From: Nemertoderma westbladi | Taxonomy: Eukaryota > Animalia > Xenacoelomorpha | Length of the DNA stretch: 58,439 nt | Assembly (NCBI GenBank): GCA_032718475.1 | Contig: JAUCBJ010002871.1 | Coordinates: 1 to 58,439 of the forward strand | Direction: 5' to 3' | Shown here: in pieces, positions 35,901 to 49,298 of the stretch | Numbering within the stretch: position 1 is the stretch's first letter | Layout: each line of letters starts with the position of its first letter | Made by a program: the position numbers and the translations under genes | Notes under the pieces: generated by a model | Database searches by the model: none | What the model saw: only the letters and a program-made list of their open reading frames with translations | Told to the model about the DNA's origin: nothing

Positions 35901-38900
35901 TAACAACCCTTAGCAGAAAAGAGAATCGCGCAACTACATCGGCGTCTTACGGCAAATGCTTCAGCTAAGGAAATGTATAAGACCCAGCTGAAGAAATTTA
36001 TCGACAAGGGATATGTGGAGCGAGTACCGGAAGAAACACCCATCACAGAGAGAACGTATTATCTAACACATCATTACGTTCCCAAACCCGGTAAACCCAA
36101 CGAAGTCCTGGTAGTGTTTGACGGCTCCGCCCTTTATATGGGCCAATCCCTGAACTCCGAATTGTTGCCGGGACCCAACTTACTCCAATCCTTGTTGGGA
36201 ATACTATTAAGATTACGGCAATATTCTATCGCTTTCGCTTCGGATATAGAAGGCATGTTCTTACAAGTCAAGGCGCTGGATAGGGATCGAGACAGCCTAC
36301 GATTTCTGTGATGGCCTGAAGGAGACCTCAACCAAAAACCTGTGGAGTACTGGATGACCATCCAGGCTTTCGGGATCATCTCGAGCCCCTCGAACGCTTG
36401 TTCAGTAGTGCGCACCACTGCTGATGACAACCGAGACGCCTTCTCTAAAGCAGTTATCGACAACATCAAACGGGATATATACATGGACGACAATTTAAAG
36501 TCCCTCCCATCGGTGGAAGAAGCCATTGATGTTGCCAAGGGAATGGTAGAGTGTTTGCGACGCGGTGGATTTCGACTAACCAAATTCACTAGTAACTCCC
36601 GTGAGTTTCTGGAATCGATCCCGGTAGAAGACCGAGGTGTTAAAGATCTGGACCTGATCAAGGATGATCTTCCGGAAACCAAGACGCTTGGTTTGAAATG
36701 GGACACGGAGAGAGATATCATGTTTTTCCAGCTAAAACAGCGAGATAATCCAGTTCGAACTAAACGGATTTGTCTAAGTATCCTGAGCACTTATTTCGAT
36801 CCATTGGGATTTATTAGCCCAGTTATATTGGTTGCTCGGAGCTTAGTGCAACAAATGTGGCTTGAAAACCACTCGTGGGACGATCCACTTAAGGGAGAAC
36901 TGCTAAAGAAGTGGATGAAATGGGAAGATTCTCTACCTTCCATCGAGAACTTTATTATTTCCCGTTCATATTTTGGTCACGTTCTCCCCACGTATTCCTA
37001 TCAACTCCATGTGTTTGGAGACGCCAGCGATATGGGAATAGGTATAGTAGCCTACCTGAGGGTTGAAACTCCGGATGGAATTAAAGTTGCCTTGGTTACC
37101 TCTAAGGCCTTGATAAACAACAAACTACGAGTTCCTCGAGCGGAGTTAAACGCGGCTCTATACGCTACAGCCATCGGCCGGAATGTAACCGAACAGATCG
37201 ACTATCCACTGGAGAAAACTGTCTATTGGACCGATGCTTTACTCGTTTTGGAGTATATAACCAATGAAGTCTGTCAGTTCAGCGTCTTCGTTACCAACAG
37301 AGTAGCCATTATACTTAGTCGCACTAATGTAGATCAATGGAGACATTGCCCTGGGACGATTAATCCAGCCGACATCGCCTCCAGAGGAGCAACTCCTCAA
37401 GAACTGATAGATACTCCAGACTGGTTAGGTGGACCCGACTTCCTAAGTAAAGAAGAGGATGAATGGCCTCCTCATCTCACCACGGCTGAGATTAGACAAG
37501 CCAAGGGAGCGGAGAAAGTCAAACCCAAAACCCGGACGAGTAAATCAAAGTTATTTAAACCCGTGATAGATCTGTCTGTACTACACATCTCCAGGGACGA
37601 CGCTGTGGATCTAAACTCCCCCTCCACCAATAAATCTGTTGTAGAAATCAGAGAAAGAGACTGGAAATCTGGAACACCAGACATCTCGCAGGGACTCTCA
37701 CCTCTCCTGCAGAGAGCGATAAATCACTATAGCTCCTGGAATCGGCTTTGTAAGGCTGTCGTGTATTTGAAGCGATGCTTCCATCATCACTACTCCAGGA
37801 CGAAGATCGCTAGTGATACCACTCCACTGACATCCGTGCAGGTCCATGCTATTAAAGATCTTCCCAAATATAAAGTATAGGATAGGTTTCTGACGGAAAA
37901 GATCAGTTATCAAGAGCATGAAGAAACCAATAAGCAGATACTGATACTCCTGCAATGCTATGAAGATTCCGATAAATATTTCCTGTTGTTGAGAAATCCA
38001 CAGACGCGCTTAAGGGATCGTTTCTCTAGCACAATGATAGATGGGTTAATACGTGTTGGAGGGAGACTAACTAATGCGCCATTATCCTTTGACACTAAGT
38101 TTCCCATACTCATTAGAAATCTTGAAATACAAATCAAGATGATTGTAGATGTTCACAGTAGGCTTTACCATGCTGGTAGAGAACGAGTTCTTAGCGAAAT
38201 TCGAACTCGCTATTATTTTCATAAACCCCGTAGAGCTCTGAACCAAGTTCTTAGGAACTGTATACCCTGTAGGAAAGCATTTAGCAGGCCTTTAACACAG
38301 CGAGAGGCAGAATTACCTAGGGAACGAGTAAGCTTCTATGAACCACCCTTTACTAATACTGGTGTGGATTTATTTGGCCCTATTGAAGTATATCGTGCTA
38401 GGACTATAGTCAAGCGATGGTGTGTCATCTTTGTCTGTATGACTTGTAGAGCGATCCATCTAGATATGGTGAACGATCTATCTACCAACAGCTTCATACT
38501 GAGTTTACGCCGACAGATCGCTCGCTTTGGAACTAGCAACACGATGAGATCTGATAAGGGAACGAACTTCATTGGCGCCAATAATGAGATCAAGGCTTAT
38601 GTTAAAGATTGGAACCAAAGACAGGTGGACGATCAGCTAAGGGTAACAGCATCTAGCTGGACCTTCAACGCCGCCGACGCCCCTTGGTGGGGAGGAAGTT
38701 GGGAGAGATTAATAAGGAGCGTGAAGACCGCATTTCACTTTATAGTGCCTTGCCGCGCGTATCTCACCGACGAACTTTTGCGGACTGTTAATGGAAGAAA
38801 TCGCCGCCTATCTTAACGAGAGACCGCTTATGCCAGTCTCATCGAGTCCCGACTCCCTAGAAGCGCTAACACCCGCGCATTTCCTACTGAAGAAACCTGT

Positions 38901-39366
38901 AGCCATGCTCCCACAATCGGAAATCACGGACGGAGACGAATACTGCCGACAAACTTGGCAACTTATGCAGTTATTATCCCGTCGTTTCGCTGACCATTTC
39001 GAAAAACATTATCTGCCTACGCTACAACTTCGAACCAAGTGGTTTGCGCAGCAAGAAAACGTCAGCGCCGGAGACATGGTCCTTATTGTGGAATCAGATC
39101 TTCCACGTAAGCAGTGGCTGACAGGTCGTATCATCGAGACTCATATATCCGATGATGGTTTAGTGCGATCGGTAGAACTCGTTGTCATTTGAAGTAACTT
39201 TAAGAAACCTGGAATTGTATTCGAAACACAACAATTCAATTGCCCAGTTGGTCGTTTATGTTTACTGGAAAGAGACAGAGAACTATCCGGAAACTATGGA
39301 AGGCAAGATACTCTTACCACGACCACCTCCCTAATCCAACAAACATCTAGGGACTCCCCAACGTAA
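29974..39366 (+). pseudogene. gag-pol of element C with multiple stops and frameshifts
   Basis: Gag knuckles, LLDSGS, RT (VVFDGSA, SLNSELLPGP, DIEGMFLQV, YMDD), RNase H (LHVFGDAS, PRAELNAA, WTDA, NPADIASRG), integrase (HAG, CIPC, GVDLFGP, SDKGTNF, WERLI). Confidence 0.93.
30143..31421. other. Unidentified ~1.28-kb insertion interrupting the gag N-terminus of element C
   Basis: Element A reads CATAGGT-CTATCAT contiguously; in C these flanks lie at 30142 and 31422. No TSD, TIR or tail seen. Confidence 0.75.
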
Positions 39367-40382
39367 CAGCGTCTGGAGTGGGTGTGTGACTACATTATTT
39401 TATATTTGTTTTATTATTTTTATATTTATGTATGTATTATTATGTAATTTTATTATAATCGTTTTCTTTAATTTTATTCAGTAGAATGTTATTTTAGCGA
39501 TTATTTAGTAGATTAGTGCAATATATATACTCGTGTTTATTACTTAATTACTTAACATTATATATTTAGTGCAATGGCGAGAAATAATTCTTTTATTTTT
39601 CCTTACTGTCCGTATTATATTATAAATGCGTGATTACAGTAAGATGAAATATCCGTACTTATTAAAGTACAATAAAGCTCCTACTATACTCAATTATTAT
39701 TGGTAAGTAAAGTATTAGGAATGCAAAGTTCAGATCCTCGTGTCTCGGCTAAACAAAGCTCTGGGTAGACCTTGAAAACGACTTGCCTCTTCTCACTGAC
39801 ATTGCTTCTTGCAATATTGCTTTCATACCGTATATTAAATAATACATATAGTAGCGTGATGTCCCTTTAACAGTAGCGTCGAATGCAAAATAAATCTGTT
39901 AAACCCTTTGACCATCTGTAATTCTAGTCGATTAAGATATCGCGGCACCCACCGATATACTTGAAAGACAAAATTCTAGAATCAGTGGTTAACGTCCCCA
40001 GACAAGTTCTGGAATAATTCGGTGCCCATCTTTAATATTAAATAATAAAATTTACGGGAATAAATTTAAATTCATATCCTCTCATAAATTTGATAAATTG
40101 TCATTTTATACAATTTATAACATTACCAAAATTCCATTAATTAATAGATCATGGGAGCGGAGATTCACCCTATTAAATATATTAGTGTGAGAAAATCTCC
40201 AATATATAGTCAATAGCCGATAAAATTCATAAAATCATGTATAAAGGGGAATATTGACAATTAAAGAATTACTATTTGAATAGCATCCCAGATCTGTATG
40301 CATGAGAATTACCCTAATTCTACTGTTAGCTTTCCATAATGTCTACATAGCAACAACCACGCTAGAATTAGAAGCGAGTTAA

Positions 40383-41953
40383 CCCTATTAGTACCGGGCT
40401 ATAAAATGTTGTACAAATACCGGGGGGGGGGGGGGGTCATATTGACCCCCCCCCCCCCCCTCTAAAATCTACAAATTTTTACGAAAACGTCTGATTTTTT
40501 GTTTGTACGTAGGTATCACTAGTCAGGATACGACCGAAAAAAAAAATTTTCGAAAAAATGTACTGGGGTGGTTATATTGCAGCACCAAAATTACAAGTAG
40601 TGCACAATTTTCAGAAAATTTGAAACTTACATTTTTCGTCTAATAGTTTTTCAATACAGGTTTTCTGGGGCGCAAAATACATTGGAAAATATTTAAAAAT
40701 GATTTGATTACTATAAATGGCTGTTTAGTCCTCTCTGCGTCGGAAAAAAATGAAAAAAACAAGTAACCAGCACTTTTCAGTTAGAACACAAAATTTTTAA
40801 TTCACTTATACGATGCTATAAATTCACATTTTCAGGTTTTCTAGGGCGCTGATTCTAATGGAATACATTTCTAAAATGCCCCATCATTGCTACTTGTATT
40901 TTTCGACGTAATTTGGCAAATTTTGGTGCTAGGACCAAATTTCGTACCCATCACCAAAAAGTACAAGTTTGCGATGTCCAGTGCTGTTTTTATTGATTCC
41001 ATCGGATTCAGGACCCTCATAAACCCTATAACGCAATAAACAAGATGATACTATCTACTGATCAATTTGCTTATTTTCCAAAATTTGGTGCTGGCACAAC
41101 AATTTTCACCCACCGGCGAAAAATAACAAGTTTGAAAACTCTCATGAAATTTTTACTGATTCCATTGAATTCAGAACCCTCACAAACCCGTATAACGCAA
41201 GAAACAAGGTGACACAATCAATTTATATATTTGATGGTTTTCAAAATTTGGTGCTAGCACCACATTTTGCACCCACTTCCGAAAAATACAAGTTTGAGAT
41301 GCCTAGATCGAAAAATATATATTCCATTCAATTCAGAATAGCCATAAACCTCTAAAACGCAAGAAATAAATTGTCACAAACAATTTTATCAATTGAATGG
41401 ATTTTCAAAATTTTGTGCTAGCACCAAAATTTGCACCCACCACCGAAAAAAACAAGTTTGATACGCTTGGTGCAACTCGTATATATTTCATCGAAACCAG
41501 AACCCCAAAAAACCCCAATTGCGTAAAAAACAAGTTTCACACAATCAATTTACAAAATTGACATATTTCAAAATTTGGTGCTGGCACCAAAAATTGGCAC
41601 CCGCCGAAAAAAACAAGTTTGAAATTTCTAAATCAATTTATATGAATTCCATCCAATTTCTAACTCCAAAAAACCGGTGTAAATCAATAATAGAGATGTT
41701 ACAATTCATATTTAATGAAATGTAATTTTCAAAAAACGTCTCAAAAAAAGTGCCAAAAGTAGGGTTAAAAAATGGTGCAATAACTCGAAAACTACCCAAT
41801 ATTTTTAAAAACGGTTTTCACTACTAGGAAGACAATAGATTTTTAGGAAAAGTCATAGAATTTCAGATTCCCAACTGCGTTTGTTTCAGAATTATAATAA
41901 AAAAACCACGGGAGGGATCATATTGACCCCCCCCCCCCCCGGGTTTAATAGGG
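40383..41953. mobile_element. Non-autonomous piggyBac-like MITE, long copy, inverted relative to 28188-29255
   Basis: TTAA TSD (40379-40382, 41954-41957), same TIRs, internal ~180-bp repeats with TGGTGCTAGCACCA palindromes. Empty TTAA site in element A at ~11614. Confidence 0.92.
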
Positions 41954-42417
41954 TTAAAAGAACAATAGAAAACTTGCCCCATTGAATAGCATACGGAATA
42001 AATAGCACACTACTAGTATCCAGGGATACATAATAATAACGTGGCATTCTGGAAGGCACTTGACTAACGGACAAATGGCCCGAATGTGTACAATTTGTAA
42101 CAGTTGTGTGGAATTTGTGTGTTTATAGGTGAATGTTACTACTAAAGTGTGTTTACAGTAGCGAGTCGCAGTTGTGAAAGTAGCCCTACCTCTGTAGCAA
42201 GAGCCTGAAGTAAAGCTAAGCCCTTGGGACGGACAGTGGAGTGACTCGCGCTGGTTGTTGTTGTCGTTGTGTAGCTACTACGTTGGCGAGAGGCACAGCG
42301 ACGACAGTACATCAACGCTGAGGATCTTGCGCTGTCCGGGGGCATTGAGGGGGAGGCAGAGACGACCGCTAGCCTAATTATAATTAATTATAATATCGAT
42401 AAACTCATATAGCAGCT

Positions 42418-44450
42418 ATGACTGAATTGATAGAAGATGATCTTGGTATCAGGGAGCGATATACCCTACCATTGCAAGCGTTTGTTGATAGTTTAATACG
42501 CGGCGACGCTAGTCAACCCACTACGGAGGACGATGGCCGTTATATCGAACCGCCAATGTCAAAGGAACAGCTCACGCGTGAATTGGACTATAGAAAATTC
42601 ACCACTCGCTATACGCATCGTAATGGTACGTATATGGACTTCTTAACTACTGGCCATCCTATCGATTTACATGATACGGACGATGTAGACACCGAAAGGG
42701 AAATGATCCTATTTAAATATCATACCCAGCGGAGTCGGAACGAAAAACTGAAATCAAACACGAAAAATTATATTCGAAATCGACTCGAAAGAGAAGACGT
42801 TAAAGAACCGGATAAACGCAGTGACTTCAACGTATATTTGGAATTCTTGAGAGAAACATGATAAAACTGGAGAAAGATCACTTGCGTTTCCACTAAAAGA
42901 CGTGCATCTTTGGTATTATTACGATGAATGCCCTAGACCCAACCAACACACGGAAAGACATAAACATCCGTGGAGACGTTGCGCTAAACACAGTTTTACT
43001 CGCTATACTTACGGGAGTTTCGAGCGAAACTTGTTGGATGGATCACCTACGCTCGCTCGACTCAAACGATCCTTAAATAAACCGATGATCAGAGTTCTGG
43101 AATACTCGGTCAGACCTCCTCATTCCCTGGTGAGACCTCAGACTCTTGATCCTAATAGTCTCACGGATCCTCCCAAACTGTACTCACTGTTCAAGGATCT
43201 AGTGTTACCCGAACAATTAATCGGTGGCACTCTGATAGTGGGCTCTCTAGATATTCGCCCATCCTACCTAGCCGGATTGGGACGCGGACATTTAATATCG
43301 CCGTTCAGCCCGTATAATCGTCCCGGTTTAACCCCGATACAACCCATCACCGAAGTCAAGGAGAGCGTTGTACGAAACGCGTTAGACGCTATTCGGCAAA
43401 AGATTGGAAAAGGAACTTGTTTAAATAAACCTAAATTGCAGCAGCAAGTCTAAGCAGTAAAGGAATTGGCCTTACCCCAGTTCGATCGAGAAATCCAGAA
43501 CCTCGAGGAAGACATCGAACTTGGACGAACCTATTCTCTGCAAAAGTTTTTGGACAAACGCTTCCAACGACAAGCGGAGGAAAATCACCTCGAGGAGAAG
43601 CATATCGAAATGGATGAGAGAGAAGAAGCAGCTTTAGCCTAGCCAGAAGCTCAAATCCTTATGACTGATCTCTATTCCAAAACCATTATTCATCCTTCAA
43701 TGGTTCCCATTTCGGAGACAAACTCTTCGCCACGGTACAACCCCAACCGGTTGATATCAACCTAAGATCTCGAGATCTTATCGCTGACGCTCCTATGTTA
43801 CAACATCCGCCAATCGAGGCTGCTCGTGTCGACGGTATACTCGTTGAACCTCCGGACAATCGAGCGGATCTTGTCCGTCGTATGGTACATGAGGTCAATC
43901 TACGCGCTAGACCTTTACCGAACTCATTTTATGGGATCAAAGACCACCCTTATTATGTCAATTTAATTCAATATTATATGGTGATACCGGAAACTCTTGC
44001 ATACAGTTTAAAGTTTCTCCCATTGATAAATCACGCGGTGACTTGTTCATAAACTCGCATCCAGAGTTTTAAGAAGTTCATAGACAACCATATGAATATA
44101 AAGCCAGAGAAAACGAGTTGGAAAGAACCATCAAACCGAGGAAATTTCTCACTACTCACGGTCCACCTACCGCTCTCGTGCAAACGACCCGTCAGGGACC
44201 AGTAAGAGCTGCTGTCTTGAAATGCGTTCTAAAGGTTGTTCGACCTTGTTCCACTGAGGTTGATATTGATCAACCGAGTACCTCGACCGGCGGATGCACC
44301 GACCGTAACCCTAAACATTCCGATGCAATTGTATTGCACCCCTCACCCAGGAGTTATAGCCCTCCTAGTAAAGTGGCTCGCCCCAAAGAGAAAAGTACTC
44401 TTGCTAGCCTCAAAAAACTTTGTAAACGCTGTTCACGTAAGAAGGACTAA
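42418..44450 (+). pseudogene. Accessory ORF3 of element C (~2 kb, disrupted), unknown function
   Basis: ORFs 42418-42861, 42902-43453, 43795-44052 and 44118-44450 plus readable frames between them; ends just before the PPT. Confidence 0.7.
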
Positions 44451-44519
44451 CTGTTTAGAGTATTTTTATATTTTAGAAACTGTGATTTTTTATATTTTAT
44501 AGAATTAAATCCATTTTCT

Positions 44520-44527
44520 GGGAGCGG
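44520..44527 (+). promoter_or_regulatory. Polypurine tract of element C
   Basis: GGGAGCGG immediately 5' of the LTR start TGTAAAAGC. Confidence 0.65.
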
Positions 44528-45693
44528 TGTAAAAGCTTTTGCGGACATAACAAGTCATTTTTTCCCCGTAATGTACCGTGTAGGTGCTTTAGCGGACATA
44601 ACAAGTCATTTTTGCCGCAATGCGCATAATACTCTAAAAGATTGGAGCTCAGATGACGAAATCTGTCAGCTGATTTCCTGTAGACGTGGAACCTCCTTTT
44701 TCTGCTCAGCCAATCAGAGCGATTTTCACTTTATTTCTGACAAAGGCCTACGGAAAACCGCGCAATGCATTACGGTCTTTGTTTACCTTTTTGAGCCTCA
44801 AGAACTGGCTTGGAATTCTTCTGTACTTCTGTTGTAGAAGTTTCAGACTTTGGCCAAAACATCTGATGGCTTTGATTACAAGAATGTAATCTATTATCTG
44901 AGTAACACTGACGAACTTGACACTGCAACGCATTACTGGCTTTATTTACCTCAACGCAATTCAATGCATTACAAACACTGCATAAGCAACACATACTGAC
45001 TGTTCACCGCATTATTTTACTTCTGTTTAATGTTTGTTATTAATTGTTGATATATTGATGGATGTTGTTATATTTGGAGAATACCGATAAATAATCATAA
45101 AACCCCCAATCTTCTTGATTACTGAAGGTAAGAGGGACCGGTTACCTGTAGCAATTGCGACTTACATTATATTGGTTTTATGTGAATTAAATGCTATTTC
45201 ATAATCCCTACATGTGCCAGTTGCTATCCTCTTTATATATGATCAAATTCAGTGACGGTCGGCAGAGCAGTGTGAAGTAGTGTGAAGTCGTGTGAAGTAG
45301 TGTGACAGATAATAAAGCATCTCCTAAAGAATGCGCTATTTACGAAACTCAGTGGCCATCTCATTGTGTTTAGTATAAGTCATAACTCTGTTTTATATAC
45401 TTAAAGCGCCACGTCCTAAAGGAACTGTTAATATTTCCCCGAAAGTGAATAATATTGTCAGAAATTATATAGTAACGATCAATCGAATAATACAGTAGGT
45501 CTGCACCGCAATAACTTTCAAAGCACCCGAATCCAGTCTCCCTTAACAGTGGGTGAATGATCGCGCATAGACTGGCTTCGGCTAATGTAACTTCATGTGC
45601 ACTAAATAATTGTTATAAGCTAAAGTCGATTTATAAACAAGAGGACAACTAAAATTGGCAGGTTAAACTGCTAAAGGTCTGAAAGCGCGAACA
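44528..45693 (+). repeat. 3' LTR of element C (1166 bp)
   Basis: TG...CA termini. The 3' ~550 bp is homologous to element A LTRs, including a conserved TATA-like CTTTATATATGAT at ~45231. Confidence 0.85.
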
Positions 45694-48380
45694 GGAAGAC
45701 TGGCTAAGAAGTTTCCTAAGGTGGTTCTGATTGTGTGCTACTCTCCAACTAGTGTTGCCCCTGTAGAGGAGGTAGAAAATTTCTACCAGAATCTACAAGC
45801 AGCTACTGATGGAGTGGATCAGCATGCATTCTTAACATTCCTGGGAGACTTTAATGTAAGTCTGCATCAATCACCTACATCGCCCTGGGTCTATAGCAAT
45901 AGTGTTAACCGAAATTCCGTCCATCTACAGGATTTTATCTCTGGAAATGGATTGTTTTCGGCTGGAACCCAATTCAAGAAGCGAACTGGAAAGCTATGGA
46001 CTCATAGTGGACACAGTGGACCCAGTGGTTACAAGTCCAGATACTGTAGACCATATTCTGTTTCGAGGAAATACAGGAGCTCTATACAAGACTGTAATGC
46101 ATTTACACTTCGACCCTTCTCCAGTGATCACCACCTTATTGTGGCCAAGGTAAGACTTAGTCTGCGTGCTAGCAGAACAACGAAATCTGCCGTGCCGCGG
46201 CATGACTGGTCCTCTCTGTTGTAACAGCCAAGTGTGAGATCCAACTTCACACTACAGCTAAGCAACAGGTATGAGGTTCTTGCCTCTGAGGCGGCAGATC
46301 ACTGAGGGTTATACTGCCTTCACAGAAGCAGTTAAGTTAGCAGCTGCAGAAACAGTTCTTGCATACCCTCGAAACAGGAAAAGGGCCCCCTGGACTGACA
46401 ACAAAGTTCAGAAGTGCCGAAATGACCTCTATAACGCGCAGAAAGAGTCCCGACTCAAACAGACTACATCGGCCAAGAATGCAGTTAAGGCTGCATCTAG
46501 GTCCCTGAACAGGCAGTACTCTGTTAATCTACAGGAGCTATTAAACCAACAGGTTGATGCCATCAATGATGCTGACGACAGCAGGCAATCATCCCAGGCA
46601 TGGAAATCGATCAACTTGCTTACTGGTCGGAAAAGCCAACCAACCACCAAGGTTAAGGTTGAATCACCAGCCGATCGCCTCAATGGTTGGAAGGCCCACT
46701 TTGAAAAGCTCCTCAATAATGACAATGTATTGCCTGATTACTTTATATAAATAAAAGTGTCTGAGTCTGTACTCCCAGATATTCCCATTGGCGTTATCTC
46801 CTTTGCAGAAATGAAGGCTGCTGCAAAGAGCATTAAGATCAATCGTGCCAGTGGAGTAGATGGTGTTCCCCCTAAGGTCTTTAAAGTACCTGAGTGTTTA
46901 AAGCTCATCTATCCCATCATAGTAGACATGTACCGAACAACAAGAGTCCTACCAGAAATGAAAACAAATAAGTTGGTGCCAGTTCCCATGAAGGGCAACC
47001 TAACACTCTATGGTTCTTTTCGGGGAATCTCATTGATCTCGATTGCTGCAAAGCTATACAATAGAATTCTATTAAATCGCATCAGGGATCCCATTGAGAG
47101 ACTGCTCCGGGGAAATCAGAATGGGTTCCGAAAAGGTCGTGGGACCATGGAGCCCATTTTGGCTCTTAGAAGGATAATTGAAGAGTTATCTAAAAAGAAA
47201 GACAGGCATCTGGCTGTTATCTTTGTTGACTTCTTCAAGGCCTTTGATTCAGTCTCTCGCTCACGTATGTTCAGTATACTTTCATTATATGGGACTCCTG
47301 ATGAAATTATTGCAGCAATCAGATCAGTATACGATGGTTCGATAACATTTGTGTCTACTGTTGACGGTGACACAGAACGATTTGAAGTGTTATGTGGCGT
47401 CCTCCAGGGAGACACACTTGCACCATTCTTGTTCATAATTGTTTTTGACTATGTTCTACGCATGTCCTTAGATCATCATAATGATGATGGGGTGATGATA
47501 ACTCCACCTACTGGCTCCAGAAGTCGAGGAAATCCTGCCAAGTACCTAACTGATCTAGACTTTGCTGATGACTTAGGAGTACTCTCAGAATCACTAGAGG
47601 GATCCCAACGGCTTCTCAGCTCATTAGAACATGCTGCTTGTAGTGTTGGTCTTTTTATTAACTCCAGAAAGACCAAAATTTTGACAGTTAACTTTGAAAG
47701 TCCTCAGCAAGTCTCTGATCGGATGAGCATAAGCTCAAAAGATGGTATCCTTGAGCATGTGGATGACTTCTGTTACCTGGGATCATGGATCCAGAAGTCA
47801 GGTGAGGACCTTCGAATACGTAAGGGCAGCCTTGAATAGGCTTTCCAGGATTTGGAAGTCACCGAGAATTAATCGGAAACTTAAGGTCCGGTTATTTAGA
47901 GCAGCAGTAGTTCCAGTACTCCTCTATGGGAGTTCATGCTGGGCTCTAACTGCTGAGGACACCAAATCTCTGGATGGCACATTCACAAGAATGCTACGCC
48001 GGGTTCATTGTGTCAAAGACAATGCACACATCTCCAACCAGACACTATATAACATTGGAGGTGTCTCATTGGTTCCCCCAAGCTTGACACTAGAACAAAA
48101 TCGCCTCCGCTTTGCAGGACATTGCTTTCGCCGTGAGGACCAGCCAGTGCATAATCTTGTACTTTGGCAGCCTCATGGAGTGAATAAGCATGGTGGACAG
48201 CCCATGACTTTCTTGAGACGCATCTTAAAAGACACTGGCCTAGAGGATGCGGATAATCTAGCAAATGCCATGGGTGATAGGGAGTTGTGGCGGTGCAATT
48301 TCGTCGATAAGCCGGTACAGCATTCTTAAAAATGCAGCTGCAATGCAGCATGCCGATCCTAGTAGTAGTAGTAATAAGTA
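45694..48380 (+). mobile_element. RTE-clade LINE family 1, EN(partial)-RT, degenerate, interrupted by the element C LTR
   Basis: APE endonuclease motifs (VCYSPT, GDFNV, SDHHLI), RT domain, (TAG)n tail at ~48360-48372. Confidence 0.93.
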
Positions 48381-49298
48381 ACAGAGCATCCTTTATGTTA
48401 ACTGAAAACACCATAGACCAACGACTGTGTATACCAACTAAAACCAGCAAAATGACTGAGAAATACCATGAATGGCCCAGTCTCGTAGTGGATCTGCTGG
48501 TCGCGTGACCTCACGATGTCTGGTGGTTGAATTTAAAATATGGGTCTAACTATAGCTCTATTGAGAGTTCGAAAGTCAACAGTTAACCAGATTTTAGTTT
48601 TCTCTTGTGGCTGTTAATTTATTGGGACCACGACCATGTGAGATATCCACTCAGGGATGTCAATTATGGGTTTGATAACACCATCTTCACTAAGTTAGAT
48701 TTTAAAATATCTCGTAACAGTAAGGGTATTTATTTTGGGGTATATACTTTTACTGGGGGATGTCATTACGTACACGTAATTGCAGTGGATCGATCACCAG
48801 TAGTAGGCGTTTGGCCGGCTCGCTGACACTTAGACCCAACTCATGACTCATCGCGTAGGAATGTGACACCTAGGATGTCATTGGGTGTCATTGGCGCCAG
48901 ACTGTCTGGGTGAACCTCCTAATTAGGCTAATTAGACACTAATTGATATGTGTCATCAATTAATTAGTACATTCAATTCCCTAATAGGTGTCTTATGACT
49001 CCTAATTAGGGTTTAATTGATTATTCTAATTAATCAGACCGATTAGCACCCTGACACACAATGGGTCATCAGTGTTGTCTAATTATCACCTAGAGGGCCA
49101 AACGTGTGTCATAAGTGACACCTCTGCTCTTTTATTTATTGATACTTATTTATTTGTATTTAATTTTAATTTATTTAATTGTATTACTTTTACTTTATTT
49201 AATTGATTTCTATTTTTAGAATTACCAATAAATAGTTTTGTAAATTACTTACCAAATGACGTCATAGACTTTCAGCTTACTTAATTAGCCCTAGGGTA

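Larger units (their letters stand above)
27935..45693 (+). mobile_element. BEL/Pao LTR retrotransposon C, 5'-truncated (no 5' LTR), with three secondary insertions
   Basis: Leader homologous to element A 17000-17690. Domain order gag-PR-RT(YMDD)-RH-IN, then ORF3, PPT and 3' LTR. Confidence 0.92.

Noticed and set aside
42200-42380. Small transmembrane (FAST-like) ORF upstream of ORF3 (LALVVVVVV..RWREAQRR)
   Set aside because: No start codon, an in-frame TGA conserved in both A and C just upstream, and the frame is not conserved between copies.
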